DNA from: an uncultured Pelagibacteraceae bacterium
GTDB taxonomy: Bacteria; Pseudomonadota; Alphaproteobacteria; Pelagibacterales; AG-422-B15
DNA: 64,000 nucleotides
NCBI GenBank assembly: GCA_902624455.1
Contig: CACNXQ010000001.1
Coordinates: forward strand, 333,828-397,827
Reading direction: 5' to 3'
The position numbers and the translations under genes were made by a program. Positions 1 through 9,488 of the stretch are shown here, piece after piece (positions within the stretch are counted from its first letter, which is position 1; the number at the start of each line of letters is the position of its first letter). The notes beneath the pieces are model-generated. The model did no database searches, was not told where the DNA came from, and saw nothing but the letters and a program-made list of their open reading frames with translations.

Positions 1-185
1 CAGTCGCAACTTTTTCTCTTAAAAATATGGAATTAAAAAATGATTATAGTAACTATGATTTTACTAAGGCTCTAGTTTGGGATCACATTGATAATGCTTA
101 TTTTTTAACGGTTAAAGCCGATATATATCCTCACGCTGGACCAGTTCAGCATTTTGCTGAACCTGAAATAGATAAAATCAAATAA
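1..185 (+). CDS. 3' end of an unidentified CDS entering from upstream of the window
   Basis: Frame 3 is open from nt 3 to TAA 183-185 (...NMELKNDYSNYDFTKALVWDHIDNAYFLTVKADIYPHAGPVQHFAEPEIDKIK*). No family recognised. Could instead be a 52-aa ORF from ATG 27. Confidence 0.3.
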   Translation, partial: VATFSLKNMELKNDYSNYDFTKALVWDHIDNAYFLTVKADIYPHAGPVQHFAEPEIDKIK

Positions 186-234
186 ATACAAATAAAAAAT
201 TTATTTTCAAATCATATAGTATAAAAAGATATCA

Positions 235-1209
235 ATGAAAGTACTAATTACAGGAGCAGCAGGATATCTTGGGAGCCAGTTAACAATGCACTTAATTAAT
301 AAAGGCATCGAAGTTACAGCTTATGATAATATGATGTACAACCGTGAGTCTTTACTTTTATGCTTTAATCATCCAAATTTAAAAATTGTACAGGCAGACG
401 TTAGAGATTTAAGTGTTGCAAAAAAACACCTTCAAGATTGCGATTATCTAATTTATCTCGCTGGTATTGTCGGTGACAGCGCATGTAAATCAGTACCTGC
501 AATATCAAAAGATATAAATACAACTGCAATAATTGATTTTCTTGAAATTTCTTACAAAACTGGAATCAAAAATGTAATTTTTATTAGTACCTGTAGTAAC
601 TATGGCATATCTAACCCAAATGAACTAGTAAACGAACAAACTAAATTGAACCCTTTATCAGAGTATTCAAATTATAAAATTGAAATTGAGAATTTTTTAA
701 TCAATAAATACAATGGATCTTTCACGATATTAAGGTTAGGTACATTGTGCGGCATAAGCTCCCGAATGAGGTTTGATTTACTTATAAATGAAATGTGTAA
801 ATTAGCATCCTTAGGTAGAGATATACATATTTACACTCCTAAAGCTTGGAGACCTTATTTAACTTTAGATGAAGCCTCGCAGAGTATCGAAAAAGTTTTA
901 CTTTCAGAAACAAAATTTATGAATAATGAAATTTATAATATAGTTTCGGAAAATTTACAAAAGTCAGATTTGATTAATTTAATTAAAAATGTTTGCCCAG
1001 ATGCCTCTATTAAGATAACTGATAAAGCTCCAGATTTAAGAGACTATAAAGTTGATGGTAATAAATTTAATAAAATTTTTGGTAATTTTAAAAGTAACTC
1101 AATTAAAATCGAAATAGAAAAAATGTGTTATGCTATAAAAAATAATTTTTTTGAAGACATCGATTCAAGCAAACATTCTGCGATCCCACTAGGGAGTTCA
1201 TCAATATGA
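235..1209 (+). CDS. NAD-dependent nucleotide-sugar epimerase/dehydratase (extended SDR)
   Basis: Rossmann motif ITGAAGYLGSQL at the N-terminus and catalytic YxxxK (YSNYK). ATGA 4-nt overlap with the downstream dehydrogenase. Confidence 0.8.
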   Translation: MKVLITGAAGYLGSQLTMHLINKGIEVTAYDNMMYNRESLLLCFNHPNLKIVQADVRDLSVAKKHLQDCDYLIYLAGIVGDSACKSVPAISKDINTTAIIDFLEISYKTGIKNVIFISTCSNYGISNPNELVNEQTKLNPLSEYSNYKIEIENFLINKYNGSFTILRLGTLCGISSRMRFDLLINEMCKLASLGRDIHIYTPKAWRPYLTLDEASQSIEKVLLSETKFMNNEIYNIVSENLQKSDLINLIKNVCPDASIKITDKAPDLRDYKVDGNKFNKIFGNFKSNSIKIEIEKMCYAIKNNFFEDIDSSKHSAIPLGSSSI

Positions 1210-2558
1210 CATCTACAATTTCAGTCTTTGGAGTTGGAAAAGTTGGAATTACTCTTATATCTGCAATGCTTAACAAAAATATGAGAGTTATAGGTGTAGA
1301 TAAAAATAAAACTTTATTAGATGACATTAAAAACAAAAATTATAATTCTGATGAACCTGGCGTACAAAAAATACTTAATAAAAAAATTGAATTACTTACT
1401 GTTACTAACAAAACTAGTTTAGCTATTAAAAAAACAGATTTCAGTTTCGTAATTGTTCCAACGAACAGCAACGATTTAGGAGGATTTAGTAACAAATATA
1501 TAATCCAGGTCCTGAAATCAATCAGTAAGGCCATAAAGGAAAAAAAAACATATCATACAATTTCAATTGTAAGCACAATAATTCCAGGATCGTCAGAATT
1601 TGAGTTAATTCCTTTGGTAGAAAAAATTTCAGGTAAGAAAGCAAACAGAGACTTCGGTTTTTGTTATAACCCTTCATTCATTGCGCAAGGTGAGATTATG
1701 AAAGGCATAGTCACTCCTGATTATGTATTAATAGGAGAAAATTCAAAAAAATCTGGCAAAATTACCGAAAAAGTTCACAAAAAAATATTAAAAGAAAACG
1801 TCCCTATAGTGAAAATGAATTGTACAGAAGCCGAGATAACAAAAATTGCTTCAAATACTCACGAAACAATGAGGGTCTCATTTGCAAATATGTTAGCTCA
1901 AATTTGCAATGAAATGCCTGAAACAAATGTAGACTCAGTTACAAATGCTTTATCCTTCAGACTAGGAAAAAGATTTTTCAAAGGGGCGGTACCTTATGGA
2001 GGCCCATGTTGGCCAAGGGATAATATTGCATTATCAGGAGTTCTAAATTCTGTTAATTTAGATGATACTATACCTAGAGTTGTCGATAGCTATAATTTAT
2101 GGCATGGAGATAAAATAATTGAATTAATTTCAAAAAAATTAAATAAATCATCTTCTGTCGGAGTAATTGGACTAGCTTATAAAGTTGGGACAAACTTGAT
2201 TGACAAATCATTTTCTCTAAAAATATGTAATAAATTATCTCCTAAAGTAAAAAGTATAGTTGGTTACGATCCCCTCGCATCGAGTAATTTCAAAAGTGAA
2301 TTTAATTCTTCAATATTTAAAATAGCAAATGATATTGAAGAGTGTTTTAAGAATGATATTTGCATAATTGTTCAACCTATTAATGGTTTAGAAAAAATAA
2401 ATTACTTAAAATATAAAAGCACTGTCATATTTGATTTATGGAGAGTAATACCAGAAAAGACTTCAAAAAAAATCAATCATTATTTTGGTTTTGGTATAAG
2501 TATAAATAAAAATAAAAATTACAAACGCAAACGTAATATTCTTAAGTTAACAAAGTAA
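1206..2558 (+). CDS. Nucleotide-sugar dehydrogenase (UDP-glucose/GDP-mannose dehydrogenase family), copy 1
   Basis: N-terminal NAD fold VFGVGKVGITL, family motif GGPCWPRDN, C-terminal domain GLAYKVGTNLID. Paralog of 13424-14788. Confidence 0.8.
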   Translation: MTSTISVFGVGKVGITLISAMLNKNMRVIGVDKNKTLLDDIKNKNYNSDEPGVQKILNKKIELLTVTNKTSLAIKKTDFSFVIVPTNSNDLGGFSNKYIIQVLKSISKAIKEKKTYHTISIVSTIIPGSSEFELIPLVEKISGKKANRDFGFCYNPSFIAQGEIMKGIVTPDYVLIGENSKKSGKITEKVHKKILKENVPIVKMNCTEAEITKIASNTHETMRVSFANMLAQICNEMPETNVDSVTNALSFRLGKRFFKGAVPYGGPCWPRDNIALSGVLNSVNLDDTIPRVVDSYNLWHGDKIIELISKKLNKSSSVGVIGLAYKVGTNLIDKSFSLKICNKLSPKVKSIVGYDPLASSNFKSEFNSSIFKIANDIEECFKNDICIIVQPINGLEKINYLKYKSTVIFDLWRVIPEKTSKKINHYFGFGISINKNKNYKRKRNILKLTK

Positions 2559-2563
2559 GTTAT

Positions 2564-3109
2564 ATGAAATTACATTTAGGATGTGGTAAAAGATTTATAC
2601 CTGGTTTTGTTCATATTGACCTGGCAAAATTTGATCATATTGATTATCAGGCAAATATAGATGATTTGAGTTTTATTAAAAATGACTCCGTTGATTTAAT
2701 TTACGCTTGTCAGGTTCTTGAATATTTTGATCGAGAGGAGATGATAAATGTTTTGAATGAATGGAAAAGAGTTTTAAAAAAAGGCGCAACGTTAAGAGTG
2801 TCAGTACCGAATTTTGAGATTATTACAGATCTATATAAGAAGGGGCTTGAATTAGACAAATTTTTAGGAACATTATATGGAAAGTGGCCTATAAGTGAGA
2901 ATAAGTATGTTTTTCACAAAACTACATTTGACTATGACTCAATAACTAAATTGTTCACAAATTTAGAATTCACTAATGTACGTTATTGGGATTGGAGAAA
3001 AACTGAACATGCTGGTATTGATGACTATTCACAGGCTTATTATCCTCATATGGATAAAGAAAATGGTATACTTTTTAATTTAAACGTTGAAGCTGATAAA
3101 AAAGGCTAG
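2564..3109 (+). CDS. Class I SAM-dependent methyltransferase
   Basis: KLHLGCGKR, DLIYACQVLEYF and KKGATLRVSVPN resemble Methyltransf_11/23 motifs. 181 aa. Confidence 0.7.
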   Translation: MKLHLGCGKRFIPGFVHIDLAKFDHIDYQANIDDLSFIKNDSVDLIYACQVLEYFDREEMINVLNEWKRVLKKGATLRVSVPNFEIITDLYKKGLELDKFLGTLYGKWPISENKYVFHKTTFDYDSITKLFTNLEFTNVRYWDWRKTEHAGIDDYSQAYYPHMDKENGILFNLNVEADKKG

Positions 3110-3116
3110 TTTTAAA

Positions 3117-4424
3117 TTAAGCAATAAGACGTACTTGATTCATCTTGAATACTGAATGACTATGAAAATCAGCATTCCTAATCATTATGTTACTTTTATA
3201 GCCAGTAATTTCAAATAGTATTTTAATATTTTTGTTTTTATGTTTAATAATCATTTCTTGATAAAGTTTATTGTTTTTATACAAACCTAATGAGATCATT
3301 CCTTCAACTAAATAAACTACAACTTCTATCCATTTACATTTACTACCTTCAATAAAAGGATTTATTTTACATTCTAATGAGTATTCCCATGGATTTGACG
3401 AAGTTTGTAATAAATTATTTTTTTTCTTTTTAGCACCATTAAAGAAAATTGTCTGAAAATCATTTACCTTGTAGTACTTATTTTTTATATTAGGTACATC
3501 TTTTGCTATTCTATTTTTTTTTGTATTTACTTTGACATTATTTTCTCTAATAAATTTTTGAAGTATTTTTGATTTCGGATCATTCTTGTAAGAGCTATTT
3601 AAGAATTTAATAGATTGGTCAATATTTCCATTAATGTATTTGAGTTGTATTGCGGCCCATAAATTAATTCCTGCAATGCATTCTTTTTTCTTAATTTCTT
3701 TTATAAAGAGCTCGCTTTTATTACTTTTTAAAAAGAACTCTAAATAACCAATCTTATCATTTACCATTTGATTGAAAGAGTCGCTTCTAAAAGACATCGA
3801 GTCATCCGTTAACTTAGATTGAACAATCGGTGTATCAAAAAATTTAAAGTGTGTTCTTTTATATTTAAGTAAAAGCCTAGCCCATAATTCGTAGTCCATG
3901 CATGTTTTAAATTTATTATTGTAATTAAGTTCTTTTTTTAGAATAGTTCGATTAAAAAAACATGTATTTATTGCAATAATTTCATCACACTTAAGATGTT
4001 TTTTTAAATCAATATATTTATTTTTAAACGTTGTGATTACCTTTTCTTTCTTATCAATAAATTGACAATTTCCCCCACAAACAATTTTTTTGGGATAATC
4101 ATTATACCATTTATTCACTTTCTTGAGAGTATTTGGATAATACCTTTCGTCTACTGAAAATATGCCGACAATTTCACCTGTTACTATTTTAAGACCTTTT
4201 GAATAAGCATCCGATATTCCATTATCCTCTTCTGATATGATTTTAATTTTTAATTTTTTAGATTGTTTTTCTAAATACTCAACTGACCCATCATTAGATC
4301 TCTTATCTATTACAATAAGTTCAAAATTTTTATAAGATTGATTTTTGAGAGACTCGATTGCATTTTTTAATAAAGACAAAGAATTATAGTTAGCTAAGAG
4401 TATAGATATAAAATATCGTCTCAT
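3117..4424 (-). CDS. Family 2 glycosyltransferase with uncharacterised C-terminal half
   Basis: N-terminus ISILLANYNSLSLLKNAIESLKNQSYKNFELIVIDKRSNDGS is a classic GT2 (GT-A) signature. The roughly 200 C-terminal residues match nothing I recognise. Confidence 0.8.
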   Translation of the reverse strand: MRRYFISILLANYNSLSLLKNAIESLKNQSYKNFELIVIDKRSNDGSVEYLEKQSKKLKIKIISEEDNGISDAYSKGLKIVTGEIVGIFSVDERYYPNTLKKVNKWYNDYPKKIVCGGNCQFIDKKEKVITTFKNKYIDLKKHLKCDEIIAINTCFFNRTILKKELNYNNKFKTCMDYELWARLLLKYKRTHFKFFDTPIVQSKLTDDSMSFRSDSFNQMVNDKIGYLEFFLKSNKSELFIKEIKKKECIAGINLWAAIQLKYINGNIDQSIKFLNSSYKNDPKSKILQKFIRENNVKVNTKKNRIAKDVPNIKNKYYKVNDFQTIFFNGAKKKKNNLLQTSSNPWEYSLECKINPFIEGSKCKWIEVVVYLVEGMISLGLYKNNKLYQEMIIKHKNKNIKILFEITGYKSNIMIRNADFHSHSVFKMNQVRLIA

Positions 4425-5164
4425 TATTTATCATTCTCAATATCTAAGAAAATTTTTTTCCCATTGATTTTAAAATATGGTTTTGGCTTTTCAGGAAATG
4501 TTAGTGCTCTTACCCTGTCGTAGATATCAATAGGTTTTAAATCTAAATTTATTTCATGATCCACCACACCTTTATAATACATGCCAACTTTTCCGACTTG
4601 TGCTTTTGCATTCACCTTAGTTTCTGTATCAATTATTTTGTGTATATTTTTTACAAATAAATCATAAACTTTGTTCGATGCTCTTTTATGTAACGTATGA
4701 GCTGTGTCATCATCATAAATTGGAAATAATATTTCATCTATGATCGGTCCCTGATCTACCTTTTCAACCATATAATGTGTTGTAACAGCAAAATTCCAAT
4801 TATTTTCTTTTCTAGCATTTATAATTGCATGCATTACGCTATTTGATCCTCTAAAGCGAGGAAGGGGACCCATATGAAAATTAATAAAACCTTTTTTAGG
4901 TTTGAGAATAGTTTCTTTTTTTAATACTTTGTCATAGAGTAAACTAATTCCCAGATCATAATCAATCTTTTCTAAATCTTTATTATCTATAATTTTTATA
5001 TTCTTTGACTTGGCAAATTCCAATATATCGTATTGATCTTTTTTTTCAGTTGGATACACATGAGGTGATATAGCCTCAATTTTAATCGACGAAAAATTTT
5101 CATATAAATACTTAAAACATTTATAACTTTGTATATGGCTTCCAAGGAAAAGAATTTTTTGCAT
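4424..5164 (-). CDS. Sugar N-formyltransferase (formyl_trans_N family)
   Basis: HMGPLPRFRGSNSVMHAI matches the HxxxLPxxRG formyltransferase motif. The 246-aa size fits, and it lies directly downstream of a DegT aminotransferase in the same operon. Confidence 0.75.
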   Translation of the reverse strand: MQKILFLGSHIQSYKCFKYLYENFSSIKIEAISPHVYPTEKKDQYDILEFAKSKNIKIIDNKDLEKIDYDLGISLLYDKVLKKETILKPKKGFINFHMGPLPRFRGSNSVMHAIINARKENNWNFAVTTHYMVEKVDQGPIIDEILFPIYDDDTAHTLHKRASNKVYDLFVKNIHKIIDTETKVNAKAQVGKVGMYYKGVVDHEINLDLKPIDIYDRVRALTFPEKPKPYFKINGKKIFLDIENDK

Positions 5165-5178
5165 CTATAATTTAACTT

Positions 5179-6252
5179 CTAAATATCTAGTTTTTTTATT
5201 TCTTTGATAATGAATTCAAATTGATCAAATTTTGTTCCAATGCCAAATGGCAAATAAACAGCGTTTTTTGTCCAATAGTTTCCTATAGCAAAAGACTTAT
5301 TTCTAAATATTTTCTCGTATGCTTTTAACTTAGAGTAAACTTTATACTGTGATGTTGCCATAACACCTTTTTCTCTTAACTTCTTTATTACTTTATCTTT
5401 ATTTTTTGAAAAAAAAACATTTTGAGACGGAAAAATCCCATCAGATGTCTGTACGAGGAAACTAGGTAGCTCAGAATTAAAAAGTTTATTAATTTTCTTC
5501 TTCATTAACATTCTTTTATTAAGATTTTTTAGTTGTGATATACCTAGCGCTGCATTTATATCACTCATTCTTAGATTAGAGCCAATCGAGGAAATATTAT
5601 TTGTTTTTCGCCAATTTAAGCCACCTTGATCAATTAATTCAATTACTTTATTTTTTATTTTTGAGGAATTTGTAAGTATTGCACCACCCTGACCAGTGGT
5701 TATTATTTTTGGCACACTGAAGCTTGTTATAGCAATATCTCCTATTGATCCGCCTTTTTTATTTTTAAACGACCTACCGAGACTCCACGCTGCGTCCTCT
5801 ATAAGTATTAAATTGTATTTTTTACAAATCTTTTTGGTTTCATAAATTTCGTTCCCTATATTACCTAAAAAACTTATAAAACAAACTGCTTTAGTCTTTT
5901 TTGAAATTTGCTTTTCAATTTTATCTGGATCCATACATCCATTTTCTCTTTTTATATCTACAAGCTTTGGATTAAGCCCTATCATTGTAAATGAATTTAT
6001 CACCGATATTACACCGTAACTTGGTATTAAAATCTCATCGCCTCTTTTTAAACCCATTGCTTTTGCAGCAATAGACAGAGCAACTGTTCCACTTGTAGTA
6101 GGAATAGCAAATTTTCTATTTGTAACTTTAGAGAGAATACTCGCAAATTCATCAGCCTTTTTTCCTGGTCCGACAAAAGAAGACTTAACTTGTTCGTAAA
6201 TTATGTTTGCGTTTTGCTTATCAATTAGAGGTTCTGCAAGAGGTATTATCAT
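5179..6252 (-). CDS. DegT/DnrJ/EryC1/StrS-family PLP-dependent sugar aminotransferase
   Basis: IPLAEPLI start, TSGTVALSIA, DAAWSLG, and PLP-lysine region SFSVPKIITTGQGGAIL. Confidence 0.85.
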   Translation of the reverse strand: MIIPLAEPLIDKQNANIIYEQVKSSFVGPGKKADEFASILSKVTNRKFAIPTTSGTVALSIAAKAMGLKRGDEILIPSYGVISVINSFTMIGLNPKLVDIKRENGCMDPDKIEKQISKKTKAVCFISFLGNIGNEIYETKKICKKYNLILIEDAAWSLGRSFKNKKGGSIGDIAITSFSVPKIITTGQGGAILTNSSKIKNKVIELIDQGGLNWRKTNNISSIGSNLRMSDINAALGISQLKNLNKRMLMKKKINKLFNSELPSFLVQTSDGIFPSQNVFFSKNKDKVIKKLREKGVMATSQYKVYSKLKAYEKIFRNKSFAIGNYWTKNAVYLPFGIGTKFDQFEFIIKEIKKLDI

Positions 6253-6461
6253 GTATTTATTCTCAAAATTATTCTATAATTATAATTTTTAAAGTTGCTA
6301 CATACTTAACTATTCAAATTTATGTGAATTTTCAATAACAGACTTTTACTTATATATTAAGAATTGAGAAATATAGAAAATTCCCCATTTATATAAACAA
6401 TTTTGATTGATTTAAATATTACTAATTACAATAATAACGTGCTATAAATCGTCAAAAATTC

Positions 6462-8405
6462 ATGAATATGATTACTGATTTTGTAAGAGTTTGTTCATCA
6501 TCTCCATCTATAAAAGTTGGTGACGTCGAATACAACAAGAACTCAATTATAAAAGAAATAAACAATGCTTTAAAAAAAAGTACTGAAGTAATTTTATTTC
6601 CAGAGCTTATAATTACTGGCTACACCTGTGGTGATTTATTTTTTCAGCCACATCTTATAAAATCTGCCTTCAAAGCTTGTTTATCTATTGCAGATAAGTT
6701 CAAAAACAAAAATATAATTATAATTTTAGGTCTACCAGTTTTACATAATTCGAAACTTTATAATTGCGCGGCTACAATCTATAAAAATAAAATAATTGGT
6801 ATCACCCCTAAAATCTTTTTACCAAATACTAGAGAATTTTATGAATCAAGATGGTTTAAGTCTGGAAAAAACGTAATTGATCAAAAAATTAATATTTTAA
6901 ATAAATATACAATCCCATTCTCGAAAAATCTTATTTTTAAGTCTCACAGAAACTTTTTATTTTCTATAGAAATTTGTGAAGATTTATGGACAGTAGAGCC
7001 ACCTAGTGGAAAACAGTCCTTAGCAGGATCATTAATCACTTTTAATCCTTCAGCGAGCAATGAATTAGTTAGTAAAGTTGAATATAGAAAACAATTAATT
7101 AGTCAACAATCTGCAAGATGTATTTCGGCATACGTATATTCCTCTTGTGGAATGAATGAGTCCTCCACTGATAATGTTTACTCTGGACATAATTTAATTT
7201 ATGAGAATGGAGCTTTATTGAATGAAAGTCAAAGGTTTCAAATTAAGGGTGAGACCATCTATGCCGATATTGACATTGAAAGACTATATTTTGATAGGAA
7301 TCATAGCGCCTCATACAAACTAAATTCGATTAATGAAAAATTTCTGATTGTTGATGTAGAAAACACTTTAACAGCGAGTAAAGTTAGAACAAATCCTACT
7401 CTGGGTACACTTAGAATTAATGAAAAAACTCCTTTCATACCCTCAAATACTCTAATGAGAGATAGTTTTTGTGAGGAAATATTTTCGATACAAGTTTCAA
7501 GTCTTATTAAACGACTACAACATATAAACACCAAAAAAGTTGTAATTGGTATATCTGGTGGTCTTGATTCAACTCTTGCACTGCTTGTTGTTGTAGAAGC
7601 ATTCAAGAGCCTTAAAATTTCACCAAGAAATATATTTACTTGTTCAATGCCAGGTTTTGGTACCAGTAAACATACGAAAGGTAATGCCAAGAAACTTTCG
7701 AATGGTTTTAAAACAAATTTTCAACAGATCGATATTATAAGAACTGTAAAATCTCATTTTAGAGATATAAAACATTCTAAATCTAAATTTGATATTACGT
7801 TTGAAAATTCTCAAGCACGAGAAAGAACTCAAATATTAATGGATCTTGCAAATAAAAATTCTGGTATTGTTGTTGGCACAGGAGATTTATCAGAGGCGGC
7901 ATTAGGTTGGTCGACTTTTAATGGCGATCATATGTCAATGTATCATGTCAATATTGGAGTGCCAAAAACACTTGTGAAGTATTTAGTTGATTGGGCAGCT
8001 GATGCTAGGTTTCCAAAATTAAAAAAGATATTACGAAGTATATCAAGTACGCCAATAACTCCTGAATTATTACCACTTAATATAAAAGGCAATATCAATC
8101 AAAAAAGTGAGAATTCAGTTGGACCATTTATTTTAGTGGATTATTTTTTATATTCTTTTGTAAGACTTGGATATCCACCAAAAAAAATATTATATATGGC
8201 TACAATTGCATTCAAAGGAGAATACTCAAAAACTGAAATCAAGAAATGGTTAATAGTCTTCATCAAAAGATTTTTTGCGCAGCAGTTCAAAAGATCTGCT
8301 ATGCCAGATGGTCCTAAAGTCGGATCAGTTTCCCTATCGCCCCGGGGTGATTGGAGGATGCCGAGTGATGGTAGCCCTGAACTATGGTTGAGGGAGTTAA
8401 AGTAA
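6462..8405 (+). CDS. nadE: Glutamine-dependent NAD(+) synthetase (nitrilase/CN-hydrolase domain plus PP-loop synthetase domain)
   Basis: N-terminal CN-hydrolase motifs (LFPELIITGY, catalytic Cys context SIEICEDLW). C-terminal PP-loop GISGGLDSTLALLV, then VGTGDLSEAALGW and FKRSAMPDGPKVG. Confidence 0.85.
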   Translation: MNMITDFVRVCSSSPSIKVGDVEYNKNSIIKEINNALKKSTEVILFPELIITGYTCGDLFFQPHLIKSAFKACLSIADKFKNKNIIIILGLPVLHNSKLYNCAATIYKNKIIGITPKIFLPNTREFYESRWFKSGKNVIDQKINILNKYTIPFSKNLIFKSHRNFLFSIEICEDLWTVEPPSGKQSLAGSLITFNPSASNELVSKVEYRKQLISQQSARCISAYVYSSCGMNESSTDNVYSGHNLIYENGALLNESQRFQIKGETIYADIDIERLYFDRNHSASYKLNSINEKFLIVDVENTLTASKVRTNPTLGTLRINEKTPFIPSNTLMRDSFCEEIFSIQVSSLIKRLQHINTKKVVIGISGGLDSTLALLVVVEAFKSLKISPRNIFTCSMPGFGTSKHTKGNAKKLSNGFKTNFQQIDIIRTVKSHFRDIKHSKSKFDITFENSQARERTQILMDLANKNSGIVVGTGDLSEAALGWSTFNGDHMSMYHVNIGVPKTLVKYLVDWAADARFPKLKKILRSISSTPITPELLPLNIKGNINQKSENSVGPFILVDYFLYSFVRLGYPPKKILYMATIAFKGEYSKTEIKKWLIVFIKRFFAQQFKRSAMPDGPKVGSVSLSPRGDWRMPSDGSPELWLRELK

Positions 8406-8466
8406 TTATTTTTTTCTAAAAAATATATTGAAGTATAGTATGTCTAACTTATAAGGAGATCTTACA

Positions 8467-9441
8467 ATGAGTAAAATACTAGTATGTGGTGCAGGAGGAT
8501 TCATAGGATCTCACCTGGTTAAAAAACTTAAGTCTGAAGGGCATTGGGTTAGAGGAGTAGACTTAAAATATCCTCGCTATGATGAGACTTTTGCGGATGA
8601 CTTTATTATTGGGGATTTAAGGGATCCTAATTTCTGTTTACAAGTAGTTGATCAGAAATTTGACGAAATTTATCAATTAGCAGCTGATATGGGGGGAGCA
8701 GGTTTTGTTTTTGTTGGCACTCATGATGCTGACATTATGCATAATAGTGCAGCAATAAATTTAAATATGCTTGAGGCAGCTAGAAAAAGAAACAATAAGA
8801 ATATATTTTATTCTTCATCTGCTTGTATGTATCCTGAATACAATCAACTTGATCCTGACAATCCAAACTGCGCAGAGGACTCAGCATATCCTGCAAATCC
8901 TGATAGTGAATATGGATGGGAAAAATTATTTTCTGAACGACTTTATTTAGCTTATGCAAAAAACTATGGAATGGATGTAAGTATTGCACGATATCATAAT
9001 ATATTTGGAATAGAAGGATCATGGTCTGACGGAAGAGAAAAAGCACCAGCTGCGATTTGTAGAAAAGTTGCGCAAGCAAGTGATGGTGGAGAAATCGAGA
9101 TCTGGGGTGATGGAAAACAAACTAGATCCTTTTTATATATAGACGAGTGTATTGAGGGATCAATAAAGTTAATGAGGTCGAACTGGAGTGGGCCTGTAAA
9201 CATTGGTTCAGACGAAATGATTGCAATTAATGATCTCGCAAAAATGGTAATCGAGATAAGTGGAAAAGATATATCAATTAAAAATATTGATGGTCCTGTA
9301 GGCGTTCGAGGTAGGAATTCTGATAACAAATTAATAAACGAAAAACTTGGATGGAAGCCATCAGAATCACTTAAAGATGGCATTATTAAAACGTATGAAT
9401 GGATTAGCACTCAAGTAAGTAATAAAAAACAAGATATTTAA
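8467..9441 (+). CDS. GDP-mannose 3,5-epimerase homolog (extended SDR)
   Basis: Near-colinear with plant GME as I recall it: CGAGGFIGSH, AADMGGAGF, SSACMYPE, YGWEKL, GREKAPAAICRK, WGDGKQTRSFLYIDECIEG, PVNIGSDEM, GPVGVRGRNSDNKLINEKLGWKP. Strong SD AAGGAG lies 8 nt upstream. Confidence 0.8.
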   Translation: MSKILVCGAGGFIGSHLVKKLKSEGHWVRGVDLKYPRYDETFADDFIIGDLRDPNFCLQVVDQKFDEIYQLAADMGGAGFVFVGTHDADIMHNSAAINLNMLEAARKRNNKNIFYSSSACMYPEYNQLDPDNPNCAEDSAYPANPDSEYGWEKLFSERLYLAYAKNYGMDVSIARYHNIFGIEGSWSDGREKAPAAICRKVAQASDGGEIEIWGDGKQTRSFLYIDECIEGSIKLMRSNWSGPVNIGSDEMIAINDLAKMVIEISGKDISIKNIDGPVGVRGRNSDNKLINEKLGWKPSESLKDGIIKTYEWISTQVSNKKQDI

Positions 9442-9488
9442 TAGTTTTAATCATTTATTATTTTAGACATAGGAGTAGTCTTAAGTTA

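Noticed and set aside
1540-1548. Homopolymeric A/T tracts (for example A9 here, and T9-10 near 3514 in the GT2 gene) as possible phase-variation switches
   Set aside because: At roughly 30% GC such runs are expected by chance and occur throughout core genes too. There is no evidence of frameshifted alleles in this window.
6253-6461. JUMPstart/ops (GGCGGTAG) or other recognisable regulatory element in the largest intergenic region, the divergent promoters of the formamido-sugar operon and nadE
   Set aside because: The spacer is almost pure AT with only trivial palindromes (TATAATTATA). No ops element, riboswitch-like structure or conserved motif could be supported by eye.
7301-9410. Several 60-140-aa antisense or alternate-frame ORFs inside nadE and the GME gene (7301-7690, 7644-7832, 8780-9079, 8994-9410)
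   Set aside because: They are nested in strongly supported genes, have no recognisable motifs, and the sense genes fully explain the region.
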